Assembly (NCBI GenBank): GCA_001600815.1
Contig: BCKZ01000008.1
Location: 434,001 to 498,000 of the forward strand
Source: Alloascoidea hylecoeti
Lineage: Eukaryota
Length of the DNA: 64,000 nt
Direction of reading: 5' to 3'
How positions within the stretch are numbered: position 1 is the first letter of the stretch; each line of letters starts with the position of its first letter. The notes beneath the pieces were generated by a model. It saw only the letters and a program-made list of their open reading frames with translations, was not told the origin of the DNA and made no database searches. Both the position numbers and the translations under genes were made by a program. Below are positions 22,783 through 35,008 of this stretch, piece by piece.

Positions 22783-22973
22783 GCAGTATATACCAGAAGA
22801 GAATACACAAGTGAACCCAGGAATTAATCTTCCAGAAATTTTAAATACCTCTATAAATATGTTACGTACCTACGTAGTAGCACGTATACAAGCTAAAGTG
22901 AAAAGCTACATTTTGTAGCTAGAAGATGAATGATACTTGTCTTATAATTTCTCTGTCGTTGTATATCAATTGC

Positions 22974-23510
22974 CTATACCGTCAGGTACGTAGATACCGG
23001 ATGGAACATAATTGATATTTTCAACCATTTTCTTAACCAACATCTAATATAAATTAAATTTAATACTCCCACTAAAATCTAATTAATCTCGTAATTCTGA
23101 TAATGATTATTCAATATACAATTTTTGTATTTTCTGTTATGGAGTGAGATTTTTTCTCCGAATTAGTGTATTCAGCTCGGCAGCACCAATCTCACGACAA
23201 GCATTCCTCCTCATTATCTTAGGGGTTTTATGAGTGCTTTTCCCCTCTTAGAAGTCTTAAGTCCACTCCGGATGGTTTCTACTATATTTATATCATATGA
23301 ACTTCGGCACATCTGATTATACCCAAATATAAAATTTCCCTTCACAACAGAAAATACAAAAATTGTATATTGAATAATCATTATCAGAATTAAGAGATTA
23401 ATTAGATTTTAGTGAGAGTATTAAATTTAATTTATATTAGATGTTGGTTAAGAAAATGGTTGAAAATATCAATTATGTTCCATCCGGTATCTACGTACCT
23501 GACGGTATAG
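22974..23510. mobile_element. Foldback/MITE-like element with ~165 bp terminal inverted repeats
   Basis: 22974-23138 and 23346-23510 are reverse complements (2 mismatches seen) around a ~207 bp spacer. Ends TA|CCGTCAGG...CCTGACGG|TA fit a Tc1/mariner-pogo TA target duplication. Confidence 0.85.
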
Positions 23511-24734
23511 ATGTACAGTCATTTCATTTAATATTTGTCTATCGATTAAATTATTAGTCTTATATTGTCTACCCAAACCAGACAAATATTAATCCTTAGG
23601 AAATGTAGTTTCGAATTTACTCCGAGATACCATGGGATACACAATTCTACTTTCGCCATAATAGGTTTGAATATTCTTTTTAGTTTTATAATAGCGCTAT
23701 AATAGTTTTAAAAAATTCAATTGTCTTTCATCTTATCTTGCCTTTCTTTGACCGAAAATTGTTAGCAATATTAAGGTCATGACTTCCGTTATAGTCAGCT
23801 GCTCCTCCTGGCCCTCGGGAACGGGGTTTGAATTTTAGTTCAAGTTTTTTAATTTTCGTCGTAGGTTTTTCTACAATAGTTTGATTTTTATTCATAGAGA
23901 TAGTGTTATCATTCATCTTATTGACCGAGACAATTTGATTATTAGTGAAATCACTTGTTGTTGAATCTGCTAAATAGCGCCTAAGTTTCTTCTCATCTTA
24001 ATTTTGTAAGATAACTGTGGTACATGTTAATGTTATAATTAATATTGGGATATTTTATTTCCACCTTTTGTGTATCTGCCTGACCTTCCAATGGTGTGTT
24101 ATTGGCAATTTAATTAAAAATTCGATAATAGGGTACAGCATTTCTTACATTGCATTGTCCATTTTTGTAGCTGTATATTTTAAGAAAATAATGATTTTAC
24201 AAAAGGAGATATTCATTATTTATAATTATATATTTAGGGACACACTGGTAATTGGTTATTCATATATGTGCAGATAGAGTAAAATACAAAAATTGAGAAG
24301 ATAGAATACACAATTAGCCCCTATCAAATGTTTACTCGAAGCAGGAGAATTGCTGTGTTTGTGACAAAGTAGGTCATTGTTTGTGTCACTTTCCAATGGA
24401 AGATACGTTAGAAAAGAAAAAAGAGGTTGATGAAGTCTATGGATGATAAAAGGATGTACTCATTTGTAAAAGTAAATGGATAGTAAAATCATAACATATA
24501 ATATATCTTATTATGAAACACAAAACGAAATAACGTTCATTCAATCGTAAATTCTATAAAGAATTTCCAACAAAAAAGAAATCAATAACAGATTAAAAGT
24601 TATTGTAGTCTATATATTGTTAAACAATCAGTCTGAAGTGTTTCCTCTGAAAAATAATGTGGTATATGTGGTGTAGAAAATTGTCTTAATTAATTATGCA
24701 CAATTTTAACGATTTAAAAATTTCATGTTTTGCA

Positions 24735-24925
24735 AAATTAAACTTATTGATATGCTAAATAGTAGCAATTCAAGTTACGAAACCAATTTGTATAAGATGT
24801 AATCATTGGCAATAAATGGAGTAATAAAAAATTTATCTAATTATTTTTTGGCGTCTTGGTTAAATAATTTTCTATTAAATCGCTAAATTCACAGCCTTGA
24901 TAAATTGTCAAATTATTATATCAAA
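24735..24925 (+). repeat. Diverged non-coding repeat; inverted copy of 4985-5150
   Basis: Same by-eye alignment as 4985-5150. Confidence 0.7.
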
Positions 24926-27160
24926 TATCATGAACAGTTCCGTAGGTAGCGCTAAATAAATTCTATAAATATTGTTAATAAGTTTCAGTATCATTTTAGG
25001 TTCTAAAGATTAGCTAATCAATTGCAGCATTTACCAGTCAAAAATATAGTAGGCATGGGTGGAAAGAACTATATTATACAAGATTACCAATCACAAGACT
25101 AAACTCAAAATTGGAGTCTCAAGATTGATATCAGTAGGTATGTATATGTAAACAAGGAAATTATAATTACATAAATATAAGTTTTGAAAGTTGGAGTATT
25201 AATTATAAGCTCAATTATTAATTATAATATTTCAACTGTGATTTTATACTCAAGTCTAATAAAAATGGACGATATGCAATTTTATAGCCTTGGTAAAATT
25301 TTGAAAAAGTCATTATTAATTTGCGTACATGCGTATTGGTTTTTCCAGAAAAGGTCTAAAGATCTTCTAGAAGCTACATTGCATGAATGTAAAACGATTG
25401 AGGGCTATTCAATGATCTCTACTCAATGATCTCGAGCTTGATTAAAGCCAATTAACACTCTATATTTAAACTGAAAATTTGAGAATTTGAAAATGAAACT
25501 GATCAATTAATTAGTATTAATATCATGTCATGGCAGTGGTTATAGACATCTAATTTAGAAATGAGATATACCTTAGTTATGATGTGTTGGTAATTATCTA
25601 TTAGATCAGATCCGGATCCTCGTTTACGTTGCAATTGAACTCAATTCAATAATTATAATTAGTTTGCAATCGCGGTATACGTTACATTGGAATAGTGATA
25701 GTCTTATATAGTGCTAGCGTTACCCATCTACCACATTTATGGATATTATTGTCCGTACACCCCGGTTTCATTAGCTAATATATTATAAAGTATATATCTA
25801 GTTGTAGCTATAGCTTTGCAAGAGCATTAACATGTATTTCTTGTTGATATAGTTTACTTGAAGCTTTCCTATATATTCCATAAACGAAGTCATGTTAATT
25901 CAAGATCTTCAGAATATTCATCCAATTATGTTATGTTGCAATTGCTCTTTGAATGTATGTAGATCTTTATATGATATATGATGAATGATATAGAAATCAA
26001 TATTTGTATTTATTTATTATATAAAATTAGTAAAAACTATCTGAACTCAGATGCAGTTGATTATTAAAATACTCCCCCTAATTGGGAAATAAACAAAACA
26101 TCCCCCAAATTACAGTTAGAATTGTAAATTAAGCATTTACGTTGTAAATCATTTTGTCTCTTTATAATTTTATAAATATAATTGCTATTGTATTTCACCT
26201 TCACATAAAGAATATCTCAAAAATATGCATGCATAAAGACCGTTTTTTATTTTAATTGTTTATAAATTTATTGGTAAAATTACAGTTACAAGGATGTGAA
26301 TTATATAGAATAGGAGAGAACTCTTCTAGAAACGCTCTAGAAGTATTAACATTGAATTTAAATGTATACTGATGAAATGTCATATAAGTAATTATATCTT
26401 CTAGTTATACAAAATACTATGCTTTTGCATATAACCTTATGATATTCAATGATTGATATATCATGATTTATATACTTCAAATAGTAATTATATATCAGCT
26501 GAGGATCATCAGAAAAATTGATATGGATATATAGTCTTTGAGCTTGAATTGTCAAATTAGATGTATATCGCTTCGCCAGTTGCAATGACCGCTGGTATTT
26601 CCGGTAATTTCCAGTTTAAGGCACGATTCTATTAAAAGAAGACACATTCAATTGATCACTCATGTTATATAAATCACTCATGATATATTGGAATAATAAT
26701 AATGACAACTCTGAAATGAATTTGAAAGCATTTCAAACATTTCTCTACTAAAGTATATGGACTTACTTAACTACGTACCAATGCCGGTCCAACGGTGTAA
26801 AACTCTACGTATGTAAATTTAACAAGAAACCAATATCAAATTATCGACGGATAAAATACACTGTATACATGCAGCTGCAATTGAGTTCGTATTGCTGAGC
26901 GAAAGTCTATAATTTATTTTGAGTAACAAACTTGACATGGAGCATGTGGGATACGAAGTCACTGCTAGTACTATAGTGCGAAGTTAATGCATTAGCTTGT
27001 GCCAAAAGTTCACCCACTGAAATGTCCAAATATTCTGTTCTGGAATATTCGCCGGGGTTGCAGCATAAGCGTATATATCAGTACGACTTTACTTCATTCA
27101 AAAACTTGTGAAAAAAAAAATTGAAAAAGGTGTGAAGATAAATTTAAAGTACTGATTAAT

Positions 27161-28783
27161 ATGTCTCTCCCCAGATTTGTCCCTTGGATTTCTCCACAGG
27201 AAGTGGATCAGTTAAAACAATGGTTTTATCAATTTAATAGTGAAGAAGATAACAGAAGAAAAGCTATTTTCAAAGTAAGTTAAGATTCTACAATTATATG
27301 ATATTTCTGAGCTATATCTAATTATTAGGTCCAATCATATTCAAACAAACAAAGAATTCCACATGCTATGGAAGTCACAGCTATAATAACGTCGGTTATA
27401 TTATCTGATAATCATCCCAAATCTTCAGTAGATGAAATACCTCTACAAATGAGTTATTCAATGTCTTTAATTAGATTTGTGAACGGTTTGCTAGACTCAC
27501 AACAAAAATCACAATTCGCAATTCCATTAACTACCCTCGCCAAAAATATCAACCTCCCAGTACAATTCGTTGAGTTAAGACATAGCGCGACTCATGAAGA
27601 TCTACCATCATTAACAATGCTAAGAAGAATGTCGGCGTCAGCCTTAGGTTGGCTTTATGAGAATTATTGGTCTAGTGATGATAAATCAATACATAACGAT
27701 GATACTGAAGATGTCGATAATGATATCGTTGATTTAGAAACTGATGAAAAATCTTTGAAAATTTCATCTGATAATATCAAAGAAATATTACGAAAATGGC
27801 GTAGACTACGAAGAGATGATCCCAATAAATTTTTTAAAAAAGGTGATCAATCAGAAGAAGCTAAAGAATATTGGTCAATACTTGATCAACTTAAACAATA
27901 TATTAATAATGGTGATGAAACATTAATAATAAATGTATTATTATTTAAAAATGTCTTGGTTCCTAAAAAAAGTTTTAAAATAAATCAATATGCTGTTTTA
28001 TATGGTCCAATATTCACTGAATTAAATCAATCTTCATCATTTGTTGAAAATTTCGTATTATATTCTATTAAGAAGATTAAACAATGGTGTATAGATGATA
28101 AATGGTTTTGTGACTCAGAGGATGACACTAAATATCTGGATATATCTAATGGAAACAGAAATAATGATGCTATTAATACAAGTATTGAAGAAGTAGTAGT
28201 AGAAGAAGAATGGTCATTTAGAAGTGAGCAACAAGTTCGTGGTATAATAGAGTGGATTAAACAGTTCCTGACGCTGAAGTCCAAGCCAAGATCGAAATCA
28301 AAATCAAAATTAAAATCGAAATCAAAATCATACTCAACACAAATTATATGGTTGAAAGATATTAATAAAATCATTGATGAATGTGCATTATTTCCTTCAG
28401 AATGGTGTCTTGATATATTGAAACATATTCAAGAACAAGAAATTCATCAATCAAAAGATTTATCTTTAATAATTGAAAATATGAAGAAATATAAATATGA
28501 ATGGAGACCAGATATTAAAAAATGTGAATCTCGTAATGAAGAAGAATCTAAAAAACGTCCATGTGATATTAATATTTCAAATTTAGAAAAAGAATTAGGT
28601 TCAATACGGAAAAAATTAAGAATTTCAAGTAAACTTGAAGATAATGCACAAATTATATCCAATGAAGTTGTCAATAGCACGAATATTAATAGCTTAAAAA
28701 CAATGGAAGCAAGTTCTAAATTAAAACAATTTTCCATTTTTCAAGGTGAATGGATACCAACCCTATTTGCAACCGTACCATAG
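27161..28783 (+). CDS. LAS1: Pre-rRNA ITS2 endonuclease Las1; exons 27161-27274 and 27329-28783
   Basis: Exon 1 MSLPRFVPW...QWFY; 54-nt intron GTAAGT...TTAG keeps frame; PHA.E.T, YSMSLIRFVNGLLD, HEPN motif LRHSATH, WLYENYW. Confidence 0.93.
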
Positions 28784-29420
28784 CATGATTATAAAAAAAT
28801 ATATATATACCCTATCAAAATTTAATTACTTTTAATAGATAATGACATAAATATTAGAATTTATTTGAATATATGATTATATACGAGTATATACCCAAAT
28901 TTAAACCTAATCAAATCAAATCGTTAAAATGTCCAGTTAAAGATTGTAATTCCATTCAACTCATAATACATACACGAATCAAAATCAAACAATTAAAAAA
29001 AAAAAAGGTGTCAACAATTTTAGCTTATACTTAAAAGCTTATATATAAGGTTAAAAGTATTTCTCTTCAAAGAAAATATAAATAAGAAAGAAAAAAAAAA
29101 CCACAATACTTCCTATGACCATAGACCTGCATGCTCAATATGACGAACAAAATTCATATCTCATTTGTTTTGAGACTTATACCTTGACATAAAACTGTAT
29201 TCTATAGCCCCCATCAAATAATACATTATAATAGTTTGGATTGATAGCTAGATTGTCAATCACATGATAAGGAAGGGGTATTAAAGGACAACTTTAAGAA
29301 AGCATTAGATGGTTTAAGTTAAGTCGTAAATCCCATTATTCAGACATAACAATATGTAATATACAGAAGTAAACCCTGAGCTTATAACAATCGCAATTGT
29401 AAATTCAAAAAAAAAGCATT

Positions 29421-32400
29421 TTATTTGTAACTGTATAATATCCTTTCTAAAACATCAATTGGATTCTTTAAGTTTTCCCACGGACTTTGTTTTAAAAGAT
29501 ATAACGTATAAGCAACCAATCCTACCAATAAATCATGGCGATGCTTCAAATCAGCCACGGATATAGGATATGAACCAGAATTTTGACTTGTTTTGCTCAA
29601 TTCATCGTTTAATTTATTCAAGTCACCATTTAATGATTCACAATGTTTTAAATGATTATCAGATAATAATAAGTTAATATATGATGTGGCATCTGTTGAT
29701 GCTGCAATATAATCAAGTTCTGTAGTTTTCCCATTTCTAATATAATATTTATCATTAGATAATGATAGCTTATGATGACTTGGTTTCCTTATCCTATGAT
29801 GAATATTATTATTTGTATTGTCATTATCCTTTAAAATTCCATTTCCAGAATCATCACCAATTGATTCATTATCAGAAGAAACTTGTAATTCGGGAATTTT
29901 ATATTCTTTAAATACTTCAAAAGACCAAATTGTTAAACAACATAAATATAAAGAAAATGGTAAATGACCAATTTTTCCAATTAAATCTTGATGATTTAAA
30001 GCAAACGAAAATAATTTTGCAGATTCAAATAAGGCTTTTGATGAATTTATCGTTTGTGTCCATTTAACAATTTTTTGTTTTGAATTTTCTCTATCAGTTT
30101 CATAAATCTTATCCCCAATTATACTTGTTGTTCCTACAAACCGTTGTATAGATAGAAAATCAACATGTAAAGAAACTAGCCCTACTTGATAGGTAGTTAT
30201 ATTTGTCCAATACATCAACTCACCAGCATAATCATTAATTGATTGATGTACAACATTTTCACCACAAGCTGTTTTCTCATTGTTGGTAGTATTTTTCGGA
30301 TATTGAAATCCTAAAATATTTGGATTGCTAATCTCATGACCATCGATCTCTGATCCAGAACCGCTTAAAAATACATGATGATCAAAATAACCTCTCCAAT
30401 CCATTAATCCCTTTTCTAATCGTGTAGTCAATTCATTAACTAACTTTGATTTATTTGAAGTTGGATCCAAGCTTGAACCTCCTGATAAAACAAGTCCTAA
30501 ACTCAAATCCGAAACCCCTCTTTTTTGTAAATCAATGCATAAACTTTGTAAACCATGAAGTAAAATAAGTCTACTGAATTGAGAGAAACAACTGTAACAA
30601 AATTCTTTTTCATTTTCAACATAAACTTGTAAACAACGACGTAGTGCAAATAAGAAAGATGGCCATTTTTTATAATTACTTCTATTCAATTTTCTTTTAC
30701 GACCATGAGTAACATGACTATGACTATGATAATGACCATGATTGGATTTATTACCATTTTGGTTAACTTTATTCTCAGATGATAAAAAAGGTTCCTTTGA
30801 TATATTTGTAGTATTGGAAGTATTGTATGAAGATGGAGATGAATTTGAAGTTGTAGATGACATTACATTTGAAGCATTTGAATTGAAATTTGAATTGGAA
30901 GAACTATTCCCACCTTCAACATCATAGTCATCATGTTTAGGCCTTAAAGGGAATCCAGTTCCTTCATTTATAAAGTTATATTTAACTCTTTTATACATAT
31001 TTTTTGGTGTTGAGGTATAATTTTTAATAAAAGAATATCCATCAGCAGCGTACCAAGCTGAATCAGTACATGGTAATTCCAATTTTATTTCAAAAACGTT
31101 CAATACCATATTATGATTATGAAGTAAAGCAGCAGATGAATCAAATATAAAAGCAAAAAAACTAATTCTTTTAGATGATTCATAATTTACCCAATTTTCC
31201 CATTGTGCTTGAACTTCTTGTGCTGTTAAATTACAATCAGTAAAACAATTTCTTAAAATAGGTCTTGTTAAAGAATTTAGATATCCTGAGATTCGAATTA
31301 ATGTCATAACAGTACCATGGAAAACTTGTTGCATATCAAATTGATGTTGAGATCCTAAATATAGTGAAAAATGACATAATATCATAATACTTTGCAAAAC
31401 TGATAATTCAGATTTTGGACATTCACTAATTACAGTCAACAATCTATTTCTCATTTCATCATGAATGTTTAAAGATTTCCTATAAATTTTAGGATTTGGA
31501 TAATTTGACATTCCGATTATAATCATAGCTGCTAATAAACATGCATCTGTTGTTGTTGAATTGAAAGTAGCAAAATGAATAATTGGATAAATAGTATCAA
31601 ATTGATTCCAATAATATTCCAGATAAATACTTAATTGATATGAACTAAAAATGGATTCAATATCAGGATCTGATTGTAATGTTGCAGGAAATGCATTGAT
31701 TATTTTCATTCTTGTTATTTCATCAACTGTACATTTCGAAGCTAATAACGTAGGATCTCGGATAGATCTATCACCTTCTGTTGATGTACCACTTGTGAAA
31801 CTCCTCGCTGAACTCCACGCTGAACTCCACGCTGAACTTATTGTTGAACTCATTGTTGGGCTCATTGTTGGGCTTGTATCATGTTCACGCTCAAAAAGCT
31901 GATCAAGAGTCTGCTTTTGTTGTTGATGCTGTTGTTGAGAATTATCGTGATAAAAATTTCCATCTTGTATAGATTGATCGAAATCCATACTCTGTGATAG
32001 GAGCTGAGACTGATGATCATAATCAATATCATTAATACTGATATCTTGCTGATGGATACCATCATTCGGAAACATATCTATACCCAACAACCAAGAATAA
32101 TTATTGGTCATGTCATTATTATTCATTATATTATCGAAAGTAAAATTCATGACGGGGTCGGTATGTATCATATCAGGAGCCACGATGCTCGTTAGCTGGT
32201 TGTTGACTTGAAACGGAATCTCCTGTTTTACATGTTGATGAACGTTTATGTCCGGCACCTGTGGGGATTCGGTTGTTTGTTTTTGTGTTTGCATTTGTGT
32301 CTGGTTTAAAGGAATAGTTCTTCGCCTTTTCAAATGACTTTTACTTCTAAAATGCTTTTCTAGAAGATCTGATCTTGCAAACTTGACATTGCAGACATCA

Positions 32401-32597
32401 CAAGAAAACCGCCGTTCACAATGATTATTCCAATGTCTTTCGACATAATCCTTGCGATTGAAAGTTTTGGCACAATTCGGGAACCCACACCGAAACCTGA
32501 CGATGTTTGTTTGAGAGAGAGGATCTCTTTCAAAGAACCTGTAATATTTGCAGTCCCCTTCAGGGCTTTTGGTATTTCTCTTGTTTTTGCTTTCCAT
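29421..32597 (-). CDS. C2H2 zinc-finger transcription factor with fungal TF middle homology region
   Basis: CGFPNC..F.R.D...RH..NH and CDVC..KFARSDLLEKH; F..IYPIIH..TF; W..YESSKR..FF.F..D; LPC.DS.W.A. Confidence 0.9.
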   Translation of the reverse strand: MESKNKRNTKSPEGDCKYYRFFERDPLSQTNIVRFRCGFPNCAKTFNRKDYVERHWNNHCERRFSCDVCNVKFARSDLLEKHFRSKSHLKRRRTIPLNQTQMQTQKQTTESPQVPDINVHQHVKQEIPFQVNNQLTSIVAPDMIHTDPVMNFTFDNIMNNNDMTNNYSWLLGIDMFPNDGIHQQDISINDIDYDHQSQLLSQSMDFDQSIQDGNFYHDNSQQQHQQQKQTLDQLFEREHDTSPTMSPTMSSTISSAWSSAWSSARSFTSGTSTEGDRSIRDPTLLASKCTVDEITRMKIINAFPATLQSDPDIESIFSSYQLSIYLEYYWNQFDTIYPIIHFATFNSTTTDACLLAAMIIIGMSNYPNPKIYRKSLNIHDEMRNRLLTVISECPKSELSVLQSIMILCHFSLYLGSQHQFDMQQVFHGTVMTLIRISGYLNSLTRPILRNCFTDCNLTAQEVQAQWENWVNYESSKRISFFAFIFDSSAALLHNHNMVLNVFEIKLELPCTDSAWYAADGYSFIKNYTSTPKNMYKRVKYNFINEGTGFPLRPKHDDYDVEGGNSSSNSNFNSNASNVMSSTTSNSSPSSYNTSNTTNISKEPFLSSENKVNQNGNKSNHGHYHSHSHVTHGRKRKLNRSNYKKWPSFLFALRRCLQVYVENEKEFCYSCFSQFSRLILLHGLQSLCIDLQKRGVSDLSLGLVLSGGSSLDPTSNKSKLVNELTTRLEKGLMDWRGYFDHHVFLSGSGSEIDGHEISNPNILGFQYPKNTTNNEKTACGENVVHQSINDYAGELMYWTNITTYQVGLVSLHVDFLSIQRFVGTTSIIGDKIYETDRENSKQKIVKWTQTINSSKALFESAKLFSFALNHQDLIGKIGHLPFSLYLCCLTIWSFEVFKEYKIPELQVSSDNESIGDDSGNGILKDNDNTNNNIHHRIRKPSHHKLSLSNDKYYIRNGKTTELDYIAASTDATSYINLLLSDNHLKHCESLNGDLNKLNDELSKTSQNSGSYPISVADLKHRHDLLVGLVAYTLYLLKQSPWENLKNPIDVLERILYSYK

Positions 32598-32909
32598 GTG
32601 AGTAATTTTGATATATTAAAAGCAAAATGGAAGGGAAGTAGGGATATAAATTTATAAGCCAAAAATTCTATATATCGTAATTATTCCATTGATATACGAA
32701 GATTCCTTTTTAAAAATGTCCAGAACAAATTATATAATTAGATTTATGTTTTTTTATAATTTTAATTAGTTATCCGAAAGAAATTTAAGACTTTTGGTTA
32801 TGAAAACTTTATATACAAGAAATATGCCTATCTACGCACCTTCAAAAACTATATTCTTATCATAATTTTAAATAAAGCAAATTACCCTTTAAGTTAGCTA
32901 CATAACTAA

Positions 32910-34591
32910 CTAATATTCTTCTTCATAGGTGGAATCCATTGCAACTTCTTCATAATCTTTTTCTAAACCTGCCAAATCTTCTCGGGCTTCACTAAATTCT
33001 CCTTCTTCCATACCTTCTCCAACATACCAATGAACAAAAGCTCTCTTGGAATACATCAAGTCAAACTTTTGATCTAACCTTGTCCAAGCATCTGCAATTG
33101 CTGTTGTGTTACTTAACATACAAACAGCTCTACTAACCTTGGCTAAATCTCCTCCAGGAACAAACTGTGGGGGTTGGTAACAAATACCAATCTTGAAACC
33201 AGTAGGACACCAATCAACCATTTGAATAGTCTTTTTAGCTTTAATAGTAGCGACAGCAGATTGAACATCTCTGTTAACAACATCTCCTCTGTATAACAAA
33301 CAAGTAGCCATGTATTTACCTTTTCTTGGTTCGCAATTAACCATTTGATTTGTAGGTTCAAAACAAGCATTTGTAATCTCTTGAATTGAATTAGCTTCAT
33401 GATGAGCCTTTGATGCAGAAATAACTGGAGCATAAGAAACTAATGGGAAATGAATTCTTGGATATGGTACTAAATTAGTTTGAAATTCATTTAAATCAAC
33501 GTTTAATGAACCAGCAAATCTTAATGAAGCAGTAACAGAAGAAACAACCTGAGAAATAATCCTATTTAAATTTGCATGAGATGGTCTTGCAATATCCAAA
33601 TTTCTTCTACACATATCATAAATAGCATCATTATCAACCATAAATGTACAATCTGAATGTTCTAATGTAGCATGTGTAGTTAAAACTGAATTATATGGTT
33701 CAACAACTGATGTTGCAACTCTTGGTGCTGGATAAACTGCAAATTCCAATTTAGATTTTTTACCATAATCAATACTTAATTGTTCCAATAATAATGCACC
33801 AAATCCTGATCCTGTACCACCACCAAATGAATGCGTAAATAAAAATCCTTGTAATCCTCCACAATTATCAGCTACCTTTCTAATTCTATCCATTACTTGG
33901 TCAATTAATTCTTTTCCAACTGTATAATGGCCTCTCGCATAGTTATTTGCTGCATCTTCTTTACCTGTAATTAATTGTTCAGGATGGAATAAATCTTTGT
34001 AAGCACCAGTACGAACTTCATCAATCACATTTGGTTCTAAATCAACATAAATAGTTCTTGGAACATATTTACCAGATCCTTTTATTTCCTTGTTATTATT
34101 ATATCCAAAATCAACAATATATATACTATTAACTTACCAGTTTCGGAAAAGAAAGTAGTGAAACCATCACCACCTTTCGGTGCATTAAGACCCGGCTCAA
34201 CAAACCCATCAGGCTATAAATCCACCAATCAATTAGTTTCAACAATTTTGCCCTCCAATTACTATGGATTTTGAAGGTTAAAGTTTCCTTCAAACACATA
34301 CTTGAATTCCGTGTTCCAAACAGTAAAGCTATATTTTACATGTTAGTTTATATTAAGCATATGATCAAATGAAAAACATACTTCCCAACAGGCATTACCA
34401 ATTTGACAACCAGCTAAATCGATGTTATATTAGCTTATATAACCCCTTAATCTATAGCTAGATCTCTTGCGGCGATCAAAACATACCCTGCCCAACTATA
34501 AAAACCCTCAATCTTATTATTATTATTACTCAATTTTATTCCAAACAAACAAAAAAAAAAGCATACCATTAATACTGATGACTTCTCTCAT
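32910..34591 (-). CDS. TUB1: Alpha-tubulin, 445 aa; exons 34567-34591, 34487-34495, 34382-34413, 34302-34328, 34138-34213, 32910-34078
   Basis: Manual splicing restores [34 protein letters not shown]...[19 protein letters not shown] motif; all five introns are GT...AG. Confidence 0.96.
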
Positions 34592-34691
34592 TATTACTAC
34601 TTATTTATAATATAATTGAAATAGTTGGAGAAAAGAAAAAAAGACGAGGAATTTTGAGTAAGGAGATATTTACGTGTTAGTTGTCATGGAT

Positions 34692-34697
34692 ACGCGT
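34692..34697. promoter_or_regulatory. MCB-type element (ACGCGT) ~100 bp upstream of alpha-tubulin
   Basis: Exact ACGCGT in an extremely AT-rich promoter; function is inferred only. Confidence 0.45.
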
Positions 34698-34718
34698 ATA
34701 AATCATTATCAATATTTC

Positions 34719-34722
34719 ATAT

Positions 34723-34813
<91 letters not shown>

Positions 34814-34917
34814 TNNNNNNNNNNNNNNNNNNNNNNNNNNNNNNNNNNNNNNNNNNNNNNNNNNNNNNNNNNNNNNNNNNNNNNNNNNNNNNNNNNNNNN
34901 NNNNNNNNNNNNNNTAT

Positions 34918-35008
<91 letters not shown>
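34719..35008. repeat. (ATTT)n microsatellite spanning an assembly gap
   Basis: Perfect ATTT repeats on both sides of a 100-N gap. Confidence 0.97.

Noticed and set aside
23700..23990. Minus-strand ORF fragment preceded by CTTAGGC (Ty1 frameshift heptamer)
   Set aside because: No recognisable gag or pol context and short frames; probably chance.
24340..24400. Zinc-knuckle-like CCVCDKVGH fragment
   Set aside because: The last Cys is missing and there is no supporting ORF; too weak to call a gag relic.
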